A stretch of 64,000 nt of DNA from Scenedesmus sp. PABB004 (Eukaryota), in assembly GCA_014905635.1 (NCBI GenBank), contig JABVCE010000022.1:186001-250000 (forward strand), given 5' to 3'. Positions 13,298-25,145 of this stretch are shown one piece after another. The position numbers were made by a program, and so were the translations under genes. Position 1 is the first letter of the stretch; every line of letters begins with the position of its first letter. The notes under the pieces are model-generated. The model made no database searches. It was not told the DNA's origin and saw nothing but the letters and a program-made list of their open reading frames with translations.

Positions 13298-15212
13298 ATG
13301 GCGAGCCTGGCCGCACGCTCCCTGGGCGCGCCGCTGCAGCAGCGATGGCCGTTCACGCCCCGCAGCGCCGCGCCGCGTCGCGCCCGCGCCCCCCGGGGCC
13401 GCGTGGCGCTGGCCCCGCGCGCGGTGCTCAACCTGGAGCCCGGCAAGGCGCGCTCTGAGCCGCCGCGGCCGCGCGATGTGGTGGCCAGCGCTGGCGCGAG
13501 CGAGGGCAGCGCGCCGCTGCCCGACGACGCGTCGGGCCGCGCGCCGGCGCCCGGGCCGGTGTTGAGCCCGTCGTATCTGGACGCCCTGGTGGAGAGCGCG
13601 GTGCTAGGCCCCTACAAGGCCTACTCGTCGGCGCTGAAGACCCGCCCGCTCCTCACCAAGGCCCTGACGAGCTGCGTGGGCTTCATCATCGGCGATCTCA
13701 TCGCCCAGGTGCGGCCCGCGGCGGCGCGGCCGCTGCGCTGCGCTGCCCGCCCCGCCGCCCACGCGCGCCGCCGCGCCGCCGCGCCCGCCGCGCCGCCGCT
13801 CACGCGCGCCGCGCCCGCGCCCGCCGCGCGCAGCACATGGGCCACCCCGGCGCGCCCGTCGACGTGCTGCGCGCGCTGCGCCTCGGCACGTACGGCCTGC
13901 TCATCGACGGGCCCGTGGGGAGCGCCTGGTACGACTGCCTCGAGCGCTGGGTGTGGCCGCGCGACCCGCTCTCCACGCGCGCGGTGCTGGCCAAGACAGC
14001 GCTCGACCAGGTCGTCTACGCGACGGTCATGACCGGTGAGGCCCCGCTTGCCCCCCGCTTGGCCCCACGGCGCGCGCGCGGCGCCCTCCTGCCCTCCTGC
14101 ACTGCCGGCCGCCCTCGCGGCGGGAGTGGACGGGCGCACGAGAGGACGTGACCGTGCGCTCGTCCACTCCTCTGCGAGGGCGGCCGGCAGCGCAGCTGCG
14201 CTGCCGGCAGCGCAGCTCCACGTCCACCCCTCTGCGAGAGCTGCCGGCAGCTGCGCTGCCGGCAGCGCAGCTCCACGTCCACCCCTCTGCGAGAGCTGCC
14301 GGCAGCGCAGCTCCACGTCCACCCCTCTGCGAGAGCTGCCGGCAGCGCAGCTCCACGTCCACCCCTCTGCGAGAGCTGCCGGCAGCGCAGCTCCACGTCC
14401 ACCCCTCTGCGAGAGCTGCCGGCAGCGCAGCTCCACGTCCACCCCTCTGCGAGAGCTGCCGGCAGCGCAGCTGCGCTGCCGGCCGCCCTCGCAGAGGAGT
14501 GGCGGCGCCGCGCCGCGAGCGCGGCCGAGGCGCGGGCGGCGCAGGGGCCGCCGCGTGCAGCTGCTGGGTCGGATAGTCGACGGCCTCTATGCGTGCAATG
14601 CCCGCCGACCATCTGACCCAGCGGCTGCACGCGGCGGGCTGCCAGCGGAGGAGCGGCGGCGCCGTCGCACAGGCCCTCCCCATCCCCCCCCCCCCCCCCC
14701 CCCCCCCGCGCGGCCCCGCTCCCACTCACCACCCCCGCCTGCCCGCCCCGCCGCGCCCGCATCGTCCCTCTGCCGCACACAGCGGTCTACTTTGCCGTCA
14801 TCCGCTCCCTCGAGGGCCACCCTGAGCTCATCGCCTCGACCGTGGCCGCCAAGTTTGTGCCGACGCTCGCCGGTGCGCGCGGCGCGGCCCCACCCGCGCG
14901 CGCGCTGCCGCTGCCGCCGCGCCGCCGCCGGCCCGCCCGTCCCGCGGCGCGTCGCGCGGCCGCCCGGCGCCCGCCCGCCGACGCCGCCCGCCCGCCGCTT
15001 CCCGCCCCGCCGCGGCACGCGCAGCCAACTACATGGTCTGGCCGCTCGCGCACCTCATCAACTTCCGCTTCGTCCCGGCCGACTACCGCATCCTGTACAA
15101 CAACGTCGTCGCGATCGGCTGGCTCACCTACCTCAGCTGGCTCACGCACTCCAAGGCCAACCTGCTCGACGCGCTCGGCGCGCTGCTGCACCTCGGCGCG
15201 GCCGCGCACTGA
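13298..15212 (+). CDS. Mpv17/PMP22 family membrane protein with probable plastid transit peptide, 4 exons
   Basis: YSSALKTRPLLTKALTSCVGFIIGDLIAQ|...KTALDQVVYA...|ANYMVWPLAHLINFRFVPADYRILYNNVVAIGWLTYLS, a classic Mpv17 pattern. An alternative in-frame ATG lies at 13136. Confidence 0.9.
14102..14502. repeat. 40-bp minisatellite (about 6-7 units) enclosed by a 48-bp perfect inverted repeat, in Mpv17 intron 2
   Basis: Unit acccctctgcgagagctgccggcagcgcagctccacgtcc at 14281, 14321, 14361, 14401 and 14441 (partial), with variants at 14166 and 14226. 14164-14211 is the exact reverse complement of 14455-14502. Confidence 0.92.
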
Positions 15213-16344
15213 GCGCGGCGGCGCGGCGGCGCGGGGCTGACGAGCGCGGAGGCGCGGGCGCGGGGCTGACGAGCGCGGGGCGGGCGGACGCGGGGCGGGC
15301 GGGCGGGCGGACGCGGGGCGGGCGGCGGAGCAGCAGCGGAGCGGCGCGCGGGCGGCAGCGGAGCGGCGCCCCTGCGCCGGCGGCGGCGGCGCGCCTTGTG
15401 GCGGCGCCGGCGGGGCGGCGGGCGGGGCGGGCGGCAGGAGGGGGCGGCGCGCGGGGCGCTGGGACGCGCCCCGGCAGCGCGGCACGGCCGAGCTGGAGCG
15501 GGCTGAGCGCCTTTTTTTGTGGCCGGCCACATCGCACGGCGGCGGCGGCGCCACGCGGGCGGCCGCGCGGGCGCCGCCGCGCGCGCGCAGCAGGGGCGGG
15601 CCCCTCACTAGCCGGGCGCGGCAACGTGGCGAGTGTGGGCGTGTGGTGCGTGGGTGAACGTGGGTGTGCATGGGGCGGGGCGTGTGTTGCTGCTGCTCGA
15701 ACCCTTTGTACGCCATCCTTTTGTACCATGCCGATCGATTGGTCCGTTTGATGCCTGCTCGCGTGCTTTTTACACGGTTGTGGCCGGCCGTGACCCCGGC
15801 GGCGGGGGGCGCGGCGTGTGCACGAACCCTGTCGGCGAGCGCGCGGTCCTTGCATGCACTTAGTGCGCTGGCGCGCATGCAGGCCAGGACTTGATCCGCG
15901 CGAGTTGGCGCCGTGCGGGGCGGCGCCGCGCCTCTCTTGCAAATCGAGCGGCAGTGACGCCCGCCGCCGCGGCTTGCTTTTCCGGCGCGGCCGCTCCCCC
16001 AGACACACACGGCTACTTGCGACGACAGCTCACATCTCCTCGACCGCCAGCCCTCTCGACCGCACGCCGAGCGACGCAGGTGCGATGCGCGCCAGACCGC
16101 GCCGGACCCGCGTATGGCGTCTAGGGGCCGCGGCGACGCTTGAGATAAGGGAAACATTACTCATCAAAGCTTACCGTCCAGCGATCGGCAGCGCGCGCGG
16201 CCTGGCTGCGCGGCCTGGCAGATGCCGAGCGTGGCAGGCCCTCCCCGCGCGCGCGGCGCCCCGGCCGTCGTGCTGCGCCTGGTGGGGGTCTCTTTGGTTT
16301 GTTCGAGCCTCACGGTTGCCCGCACGTCCGCGCAGGCGGTCGCC

Positions 16345-19325
16345 ATGCCGCGCCGGACCAGCGCCGGCGGCGCCGCGCTGCTGCTGCTCGCGGCGGGCGC
16401 GCTCGCGCTCGCGGCGGCGCAGCCGCAGCCCAGCCGGCTGGCCATGGACTTCAGCTGCAGCCTTATTGCGGCTCCCAGCGCTCCCGCGAGCGTGACGGCG
16501 CGCGTGGAGGCGCTGCTGGCCGACATGTCGCGCGACGGCGTGAACAACCTCTGCGCTCGCAGCCCCGCGCACGTGTGCGCCCCCGGCGCCACGCAGACGC
16601 TGGCCGCGGCGGCCGCGGCTGCCGCCGCCACGGCCTCCTCGCCGGCGCCCGCGCCGGCGGCGGCGTCGCAGCGCCGCCCCGCGCGCGGCTCGCTGCGCCG
16701 GCCGCTCGGCATCCATGTCGACCTCAGCGCCGGCGGCGCCGACATCACCTTCGGCGCCGACGCGGCGCCCGCCGTTGCCGCCGCGCCCGCCGTCGCTGTG
16801 GCGCCCGCCTTTGCCGCCGAGCCCACGATCGCCGCGCCCGCGAGCGGCTGCACGCTCTGCGCGCCGGCCGCGACCGCGGCCGCCGCCGCCGCCGGCGGCG
16901 CCGCCGCGCCGCTCTGCGCGTGCGCCGCGCCGGGCGGCAAGACGCGCTGCACCTGCGCCGGCAAGCTCAGCGGCGCGGAGTACTTCAACTCCAGCTGGTA
17001 CGGCGTCGAGCTCGCCCGCGTGGTTGTGGAGTCGGTCGGCGGCGCGCACGCAATCACGGGCGTGATCAACGCCAACTTCAACTCCACCGTGCGCCTGAGC
17101 GGCAGCAAGCTGGTGCGCGCGGCGCGACGCGACGCGGCGCGACGGGGGCCCCGCCGGCGGCCGGCGCACGGCCCGGAGCGCGGCGCGCCCACGCCGCCGC
17201 GCCGCCCGCAGACGATCGGCCGCGCCGCGGGCGCGTCGGGCCAGGACGGCGGCGGCGACCTGGAGCTCGATGAGAGCTTCCTGGTGCGGCGCCGGCGCGG
17301 CACTGACCCGCTCCACTGCGCTGCACCGGCCCGGCCGAGCCTGCGAAAAGGACACTGATGCGACCATCACCGCCGCCGCCGCCCCTGCCCGCGTGCTGCG
17401 CAGGACCTCCTGGATGGCTCTGAGCTGGCGCTGGTTGACAACGGCGACCTGGAGGTGGAGGACGCAGGCGGGCTGTGGATGGCGGGCGCCTCCAAGCTGG
17501 TCATCAGCCAGACCAGCAACGCACAGACGCAGGCGCGGAGGCGGCGCCGCGCCGGGGGCGGCCCGCTCGCGCGCGCGCCAGCTGACACGCGCCTGCGCCG
17601 CGCCGTGCCGCGCAGCTGGCCCACATCCTGGTCGAGGGCGGCAGCAGCATCGTGGTCGAGAAGGCGTCCGAGTGGAACGTGACACAGGAGTTTGACTTCA
17701 CGCCCGCCGCGGGTGAGCGCAGTGCGCGCGCCGGGTCATGCCGGCCCACAGAGCGCCGCACGTGTTCCCTCGGCCGACCGCCGCGCCGCGCCGCGCCGCG
17801 CGCCACCTGCCGCGCCGCCGCCGCAGCCGCGGCGGTGTGCAACGCGCCGTTTGCGCCCGACGCCGCCGCGGCGGCGTGCTTCGGGGACAAGGCGGCCTGC
17901 CGCGCGCGGCTGGACGTGCTGAGCGGCGCTGAGAAGCAGTCCATCGGCATGCTCGCTTATCCGCCCGCGCTCGACCGCTGGGGCCGGCAGGCGTTTGACT
18001 ACAGCGACGACGCCGTCTACGACGGTGAGCGGCCGGCGCCGCGCCGGTCAGCACGCACCGGCCCCGCGCCGGGGCCTGCCGCTCACACCGTTGCGCCCCC
18101 GCCTCCGCCCATGCGCGCCGCCAGACTACTATGACGTTGACTACAAGGAGCCACAGCTCGAGGCGGGCGAGTGCCTCGGCCCCGACGTGTGCGGCGCGGC
18201 GACCGCCAAGGCGCACCTCCCCTTCCTGCTGCACGGCCGCCGCCTGGCGCAGGCCATGCCCGCGCCGCTGCCGGCCGACGGCGACGCGAACGACGCCGAC
18301 GCGAGCGGCGCCAACGCCACCGACGCCGACACCGCCTCGCCCGCCGCGCCCGCCGCGGCCGCTGCGCCCGCCGCGCCCGCGGCCGACGCCGACGCGGACA
18401 ACGGCGCCGGCTACCTGAGCACGGCCGAGGTCAACGTCAAGGACACGCCCGACGGCTCGGGCTACGACCCTGCCTGGGGCGAGGGCCCGTACGGCGAAAA
18501 TCTCTGCGACGCGCCGCCCGGCCGGTCGTTCAACTACTACGGGTGCGCCGCGCCGCCGCCGCCGCCGCCGCTGCCGCCGTGCCGCGACGCGAGCCCTCCT
18601 CGAGGGCGCGCGCGCTGGCGGCCGCGGGCCCACCACGGCGTCACCAAACGCCCGCCCGTCGCGCCCGCCCCCGCCCCGGCCTCTCCAGCATGGTCGTGCG
18701 GCAGGGCTCGTCCATCCGCGTGTCGTCGGGGTCGGCCTGGTCCCTGTTTGACCAGAGCCGCGTGTTCATCATCGATTCAGCGCTCATGCTCGAGGGCGGG
18801 TCGCGCCTCGCGCTGCGCAACAGCACCCTCGTGCTCATCAACTCCACGCTCACCGTCTCGGGCGCCTCCCAGGCGCGGCGCCGGCGGTGGCAGTGGACGG
18901 CGCTGCCGGCGCGCCGCGCCCGGTGGCGCTTGACCGGCGTCGCCGCCCGCTCGTCTGCCCGCCCGCAGATCACCATGGAGCGCTTCAGCGGGCTGCACCT
19001 CTTCAACAGCCGCCTGCTCGGCGACAGCGCCCTGTTTGCGGTGCCGGCCAACTCGACCTGGGGCGGCGCGCCGTGGCTGCAGCGCGGCGACTACCGCGCG
19101 AGCGCCGGCGGCGGCCTGCCGACCGCGATGGGCGCGCGCGCGGGCGTGCAGCTGGGGAGCTACCCGCTGCGCGTGTTTGGTTTTGACCTCGACGCCCGCC
19201 TGCTCGCGCCCGTGGGCTGCGACTGCAAGGCGCCCAAGACCGCGATCAAGGCGGCGCCCGCCGTCACGGCCTGGCCGTCCGCTGACGGCGAGGGCTGGGC
19301 TGGGCCGCTGGAGGGCCTCATCTGA
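16345..19325 (+). CDS. Secreted Cys-rich / beta-solenoid-like protein of unknown function, copy 1 (8 exons, about 740 aa)
   Basis: Signal peptide MPRRTSAGGAALLLLAAGALALAAAQ. Exons 16345-17112, 17212-17283, 17404-17532, 17616-17712, 17827-18024, 18125-18542, 18689-18872 and 18969-19325 splice in frame. Several NxS/T sequons. Confidence 0.8.
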
Positions 19326-19507
19326 GCCGTGTCTTTGCTCGAGGGGTGAGGGCGAGCTGGCGAGATTGAGTTGTCCTGAGTTCATGACGTTTTGGTCTGG
19401 TCTGCTGTGGCTGTCGGGTTGGCGGCTCCGGGGCGCGTGCGTGGCCCCGTGAGCGCGCATTTGCCTGCGACACACTCCGCTGGCTGCTTCTCCACTGGCC
19501 AGCCCTT

Positions 19508-19672
19508 CGCGCCCGTCGATGTGCTGCGCGCGCTGCGCCTCGGCACGTACGGCCTGTTGATCGACGGACCCGTGGGGAGCGCCGGGTACGACTGCCTCGA
19601 GCGCTGCGTGTGGCCGCGCGACCCCTCTCCACGCGCGCGGTGCTGGAGGCGCTCGACCAGTCGTCTATGCGT
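19508..19672 (+). pseudogene. Degraded copy of Mpv17 exon 2 at the duplication junction
   Basis: Matches 13852-14022 (APVDVLRALRLGTYGLLIDGPVGSA...) with W>G and W>C changes and small deletions; no flanking exons. Confidence 0.88.
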
Positions 19673-20138
19673 CCTCGGAGCGCCGCCCCCGCGACCGCGA
19701 GGGCGCCGTGCGGGGCGGCGCGCGCCTCTTGCAATGGGCGGCAGTGACGCTTGCTCCGTCCGCCGCGGCTTGCTCCTCCGGCGCGGCCGCCACCCGCTCG
19801 ACACACACAGCTACTTGCGACGACAGCTCACATCTCCTCGACCGCCAGCCCTCTCGACCGCACGCCGAGCGACGCAGGTGCGCAGAGCGCGCGCGCGCCA
19901 CCCGCGCATGGCGTCCAGGGGCCGCGGCGACGCTTGAGATAAGGGAAACATTACTCATCAAAGCTTACCGTCCAGCGATCGGCAGCGCGCGCGGCCTGGC
20001 TGCGCGGCCTGGCAGATGCCGAGCGTGGCAGGCCCTCCCCGCGCGCGCGGCGCCCCGGCCGTCGTGCTGCGCCTGGTGGGGGTCTCTTTGGTTTGTTCGA
20101 GCCTCACGGTTGCCCGCACGTCCGCGCAGGCGGTCGCC

Positions 20139-23084
20139 ATGCCGCGCCGGACCAGCGCCGGCGGCGCCGCGCTGCTGCTGCTCGCGGCGGGCGCGCTCGC
20201 GCTCGCGGCGGCGCAGCCGCAGCCCAGCCGGCTGGCCATGGACTTCAGCTGCAGCCTTATTGCGGCTCCCAGCGCTCCCGCGAGCGTGACGGCGCGCGTG
20301 GAGGCGCTGCTGGCCGACATGTCGCGCGACGGCGTGAACAACCTCTGCGCTCGCAGCCCCGCGCACGTGTGCGCCCCCGGCGCCACGCAGACGCTGGCCG
20401 CGGCGGCCGCGGCTGCCGCCGCCACGGCCTCCTCGCCGGCGCCCGCGCCGGCGGCGGCGTCGCAGCGCCGCCCCGCGCGCGGCTCGCTGCGCCGGCCGCT
20501 CGGCATCCATGTCGACCTCAGCGCCGGCGGCGCCGACATCACCTTCGGCGCCGACGCGGCGCCCGCCGTTGCCGCCGCGCCCGCCGTCGCTGTGGCGCCC
20601 GCCTTTGCCGCCGAGCCCACGATCGCCGCGCCCGCGAGCGGCTGCACGCTCTGCGCGCCGGCCGCGACAGCGGCCGCCGCCGCCGGCGGTGGCGCTGCGG
20701 CGCCGTTCTGCGCGTGCGCCGCGCCGGGTGGCAAGACGCGCTGCACCTGCGCTGGCAAGCTCAGCGGCGCGGAGTACTTCAACTCCAGCTGGTACGGCGT
20801 CGAGCTCGCCCGCGTGGTTGTGGAGTCGGTCGGCGGCGCGCACGCAATCACGGGCGTGATCAACGCCAACTTCAACTCCACCGTGCGCCTGAGCGGCAGC
20901 AAGCTGGTGCGCGCGGCGCGGCGCGGCGCGGCGCGACGGGGGCCCCGCCGGCGGCCGGCGCACAGCCCGGAGCGTGGCGCACCCACACCGCCGCGCCGCC
21001 CGCAGACGATCGGCCGTGCCGCGGGCGTGTCGGGCCAGAACAGCAGCGACCTGGAGCTGGACGGGAGCTTCCTGGTGCGGCGCCGGTGTGGCACCGGCCC
21101 GGCCGGGCCCGACTACACGACGCTGATGCCGCCGCCACCGCCCGCGCCGCGTGCCGCGCAGGACCTCCTGGATGGCTCTGAGCTGGCGCTGGTTGACAAC
21201 GGCGACCTGGAGGTGGAGGACGCAGGCGGGCTGTGGATGGCGGGCGCCTCCAAGCTTGTCATCAGCCAGACCAGCAAAGCGGAGACGCAGGCGCGGAGGC
21301 GGCGCCGCGCCGGGGGTGGCCCGCTCGCGCGCGCGGGCTGACACGCGCCTGCGCCGCGCCGTGGCACGCAGCTGGCCCACATCCTGGTCGAGGGCGGCAG
21401 CAGCATCGTGGTCGAGAAGGCGTCCGAGTGGAACGTGACACAGGAGGACGATGTCTCGCCTGCTTTTGGTGGGCAGTGCGCCCGCCGCCGCGCCGGGTCA
21501 CGCTGGCCTGCAGCGTGGCGCGACGGCAGCGGGTGCGCGCAGTCCCTCCCTGACCGTTGCGCCGCGCCGCGCTCCGCCGCCGACGCCGCCGCAGCCGCGG
21601 CGGTGTGCGACACGCCGTTTGCGCCCGACGCCGCCGCGGCGGCGTGCTTCGGGGACAAGGCGGCCTGCCGCGCGCGGCTGGACGTGCTGAGCGGCGCTGA
21701 GAAGCAGTCCATCGGCATGCTCGCTTATCCGCCCGCGCTCGACCGCTGGGGCCGGCAGGCGTTTGACTACAGCGACGATGCCGTCTACGACGGTGAGCGG
21801 CCGGCGCCGCGCCGGTCAGCACGCACCGGCCCCGCGCCGGGGCCTGCCGCTCACACCGTTGCGCCCCCGCCTCCGCCCATGCGCGCCGCCAGACTACTAT
21901 GACGTTGACTACAAGGAGCCACAGCTCGAGGCGGGCGAGTGCCTCGGCCCCGACGTGTGCGGCGCGGCGACCGCCAAGGCGCACTTCCCCTTCCTGCTGC
22001 ACGGCCGCCGCCTGGCGCAGGCCATGCCCGCGCCGCTGCCGGCCGACGGCGACGCGAACGACGCCGACGCGAGCGGCGCCAACGCCACCGACGCCGACAC
22101 CGCCGCGCCCGCCGCGCCCGCTGCGCCCGCCGCGCCCGCGGCCGACGCCGACGCGGACAACGGCGCCGGCTACCTGAGCACGGCCGAGGTCGACGCCAAG
22201 GACACGCCCGACGGCTCGGGCTACGACCCTGCCTGGGGCGAGGGCCCGTACGGCGAAAATCTCTGCGACGCGCCGCCCGGCCGGTCGTTCAACTACTACG
22301 GGTGCGCCGCGCCGCCGCCGCCGCCGCCGCTGCCGCCGTGCCGCGACGCGAGCCCTCCTCGAGGGCGCGCGCGCTGGCGGCCGCGGGCCCACCACGGCGT
22401 CACCAAACGCCCGCCCGTCGCGCCCGCCCCCGCCCCGGCCTCTCCAGCATGGTCGTGCGGCAGGGCTCGTCCATCCGCGTGTCGTCGGGGTCGGCCTGGT
22501 CCCTGTTTGACCAGAGCCGCGTGTTCATCATCGATTCAGCGCTCATGCTCGAGGGCGGGTCGCGCCTCGCGCTGCGCAACAGCACCCTCGTGCTCATCAA
22601 CTCCACGCTCACCGTCTCGGGCGCCTCCCAGGCGCGGCGCCGGCGGTGGCAGTGGACGGCGCTGCCGGCGCGCCGCGCCCGGTGGCGCTTGACCGGCGTC
22701 GCCGCCCGCTCGTCTGCCCGCCCGCAGATCACCATGGAGCGCTTCAGCGGGCTGCACCTCTTCAACAGCCGCCTGCTCGGCGACAGCGCCCTGTTTGCGG
22801 TGCCGGCCAACTCGACCTGGGGCGGCGCGCCGTGGCTGCAGCGCGGCGACTACCGCGCGAGCGCCGGCGGCGGCCTGCCGACCGCGATGGGCGCGCGCGC
22901 GGGCGTGCAGCTGGGGAGCTACCCGCTGCGCGTGTTTGGTTTTGACCTCGACGCCCGCCTGCTCGCGCCCGTGGGCTGCGACTGCAAGGCGCCCAAGACC
23001 GCGATCAAGGCGGCGCCCGCCGTCACGGCCTGGCCGTCCGCTGACGGCGAGGGCTGGGCTGGGCCGCTGGAGGGCCTCATCTGA
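20139..23084 (+). CDS. Secreted Cys-rich / beta-solenoid-like protein of unknown function, copy 2
   Basis: Same 8-exon structure as 16345-19325; frame appears intact; differences cluster in exons 2-5. Confidence 0.8.
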
Positions 23085-23396
23085 GCCGTGTCTTTGCTCG
23101 AGGGGTGAGGGCGAGCTGGCGAGATTGAGTTGTCCTGAGTTCATGACGTTTTGGTCTGGTCTGCTGTGGCTGCTGGGTTATCAGCTCCGGGACGCGTGCG
23201 CGTCCCCGTGAGCGCGCAGTTGCCTGTGAGACACTCTGCTGGCTGCTTCTCCGCTGGCTGCGCGTCCTCATGAATGAAAGCAATTGATCCGTTAAACGGG
23301 CGCGTCGCAGCTCAGTGTCGCGCGCCGCCGCCGTCGCTGATGCGCCGCCCGCCCGCCCGCCGCACCCGCGCCCCGCGCCGCGCCGTCGCGCCGTCA

Positions 23397-24849
23397 TCAC
23401 GCGGCCGCCTCGGGGCGCTTGCGGTGCAAGAAGAACGCCGCGTCGCACACCACCACCGTGAGCACGCCCGTGCCGAGCAGCGCGCACAGCAGCCCGGGCA
23501 CGCACGGCACGCCCGCCGACGAGATTGACCAGTAGCCCCAGAGCTGCAGCGCCGCGACGAGGGCCATGGCGAGGTTGAGGGTGCGGAAGGTGCTCGCCGC
23601 GAGCCGCCCCCGGTCGGCCGCGTCCTTCAGCGTCGCCCACACCACGCCTGCCCGCGGCGGCGGCGGCGGCGGCGGCGGCTCGCGCGCCGGCGGCGCCCGC
23701 GCGTGGCCGGGGCGCGCGCGCGGGCGGGCAGGCGGCCCGCGTGGGGCGGGGCGCACCCGCGAGCAGCATGCCGCCGCCGCGGGCCTGCTTGAGCATGACC
23801 GCGGCCGCGCCCTCGTCGAGCAGGAACAGCGGCGTGCCGGGCGCGGGGAACTGCCAGAAAAACTGGTACAGCGCCAGGGCAGCGCACAGCGCGTAGAAGC
23901 CGCCTGCCGGCACGGCACGGCAAGGCAAGGCACGCAGCGGCCGCGGCGCGGCGGCGCGTGGGCGGCCCGCGCGCGCAGGCGCCGGCGCGCCCCCTGCCTG
24001 CCACCGGGCGCCCGCGCTCCCCGCGCCGCCGGCACGCTCACTCAGCAGCGTCTTGGGGCGGGCGAGGTCGGCCACGCCCGCGGCAAAGCCCCGCACGACC
24101 GCGGGCAGGCTGAAGCCGCCCGTGCCGGCCGCGTACACGCGCGCCGCCACGAGGGCCGTGCCCAGGAACACCGCGCCGCCGACGCTGCGGGGTGAAGCGC
24201 GGCGCGGCGCGGCGCGGCGTGGCGCCGCCGCCGGCGGCCGCCGGCGGCCGTCACGCGCGCGCCCTCCCTTCTGCCGCGCTCACCCGAGCGTCGCGGACGT
24301 GAAGATGGTGCGGTTCTTGGCCAGCAGCACCGCAAACACGACGCACTGGTACATCACGCCCAGCCCCAGGCGCTTGTACGTGTCCGACCCGAGCCGGCCG
24401 TGCAGCGCCGCGTCCTGGCCGCGTGGCGGCGCGGCGGTCGTCACGCTCTCAGCGGCGGCGCGCAGCGTCCCCAGCACGCGCGCCCAGCGCCCGGCTCCCA
24501 CCTTGAGGCAGAGGAGGCAGGATACGATGAGGAAACAGTATGCGCCGGCGATCTGGAGCTGCCCGGTGGGCGCCGGGGTCGGGGCAAAGCCGAGCAACTG
24601 CATCGACCAGGCGGGCGCGAGTGTCGTCGCGGCGCCCAGCGCGCCGTGCAGCGCCGCCAGCGCCGCCAGCGCCGGGGCCTGCTGCTCAGGCGACGCGAGC
24701 ACGCCGCCGCCGCCGCCGCCCGACGCCGCTGCCGCGGCGCGGCGCGCCGGTGGCGCGAGCGCGCGCCGCGCCGTGCCGCCGCGCGCGGCCAGGCGCTGCC
24801 GTGCGGCGGGGTGCGCCGACGGCGCGGTGCCGCGCAGTGCCGCCTGCAT
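23397..24849 (-). CDS. Predicted plastid multi-pass membrane protein with an internal two-fold repeat
   Basis: Transit-like MQAALRGTAPSAHPAARQRLAAR..., several hydrophobic helices, and repeated motif LKDAALHGRLGSDTYKRLGLG / LKDAADRGRLAASTFRTLNLA; 5 exons. Confidence 0.75.
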
Positions 24850-25145
24850 CGCGCGGCGCGCGGCGGTTGTCGGCAGCGGTCGGCGGTGCGCGCGGGGCGA
24901 TCGCGCGCGGCGCACGGCGTGCGCTGGCTGTGAGGGCGGCGCCGAGCTGCGCGGCAGGGCTTGCAGCGTGCAGGCGGCACGAGCAGAAACCCTTGTCGCC
25001 CGAGCCCGAGCGTCGCGACACTGCGCTGGCCGCCCCGCCGCCGCCACACCCCCGGGTCCGGCCTCGTCGCCCGGGGGCGCGGCGTCGCTCACCCTCTCGA
25101 CTGCCTCCGTAGTTGCGCGCCGGGGGCGCGCCGCGCGGCGGCGGC

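Larger units (their letters stand above)
15905..23257 (+). repeat. Tandem segmental duplication, about 3.6 kb x2 (about 15905-19499 and 19702-23257)
   Basis: Near-identical promoter (ttgagataagggaaacattactcatcaaagctt), gene and 3' flank, offset by about 3.8 kb. Confidence 0.95.

Noticed and set aside
14160..14480. CRISPR-like array of palindromic 40-bp repeats
   Set aside because: Units abut with no unique spacers, there are no cas genes, and it lies in a eukaryotic intron.
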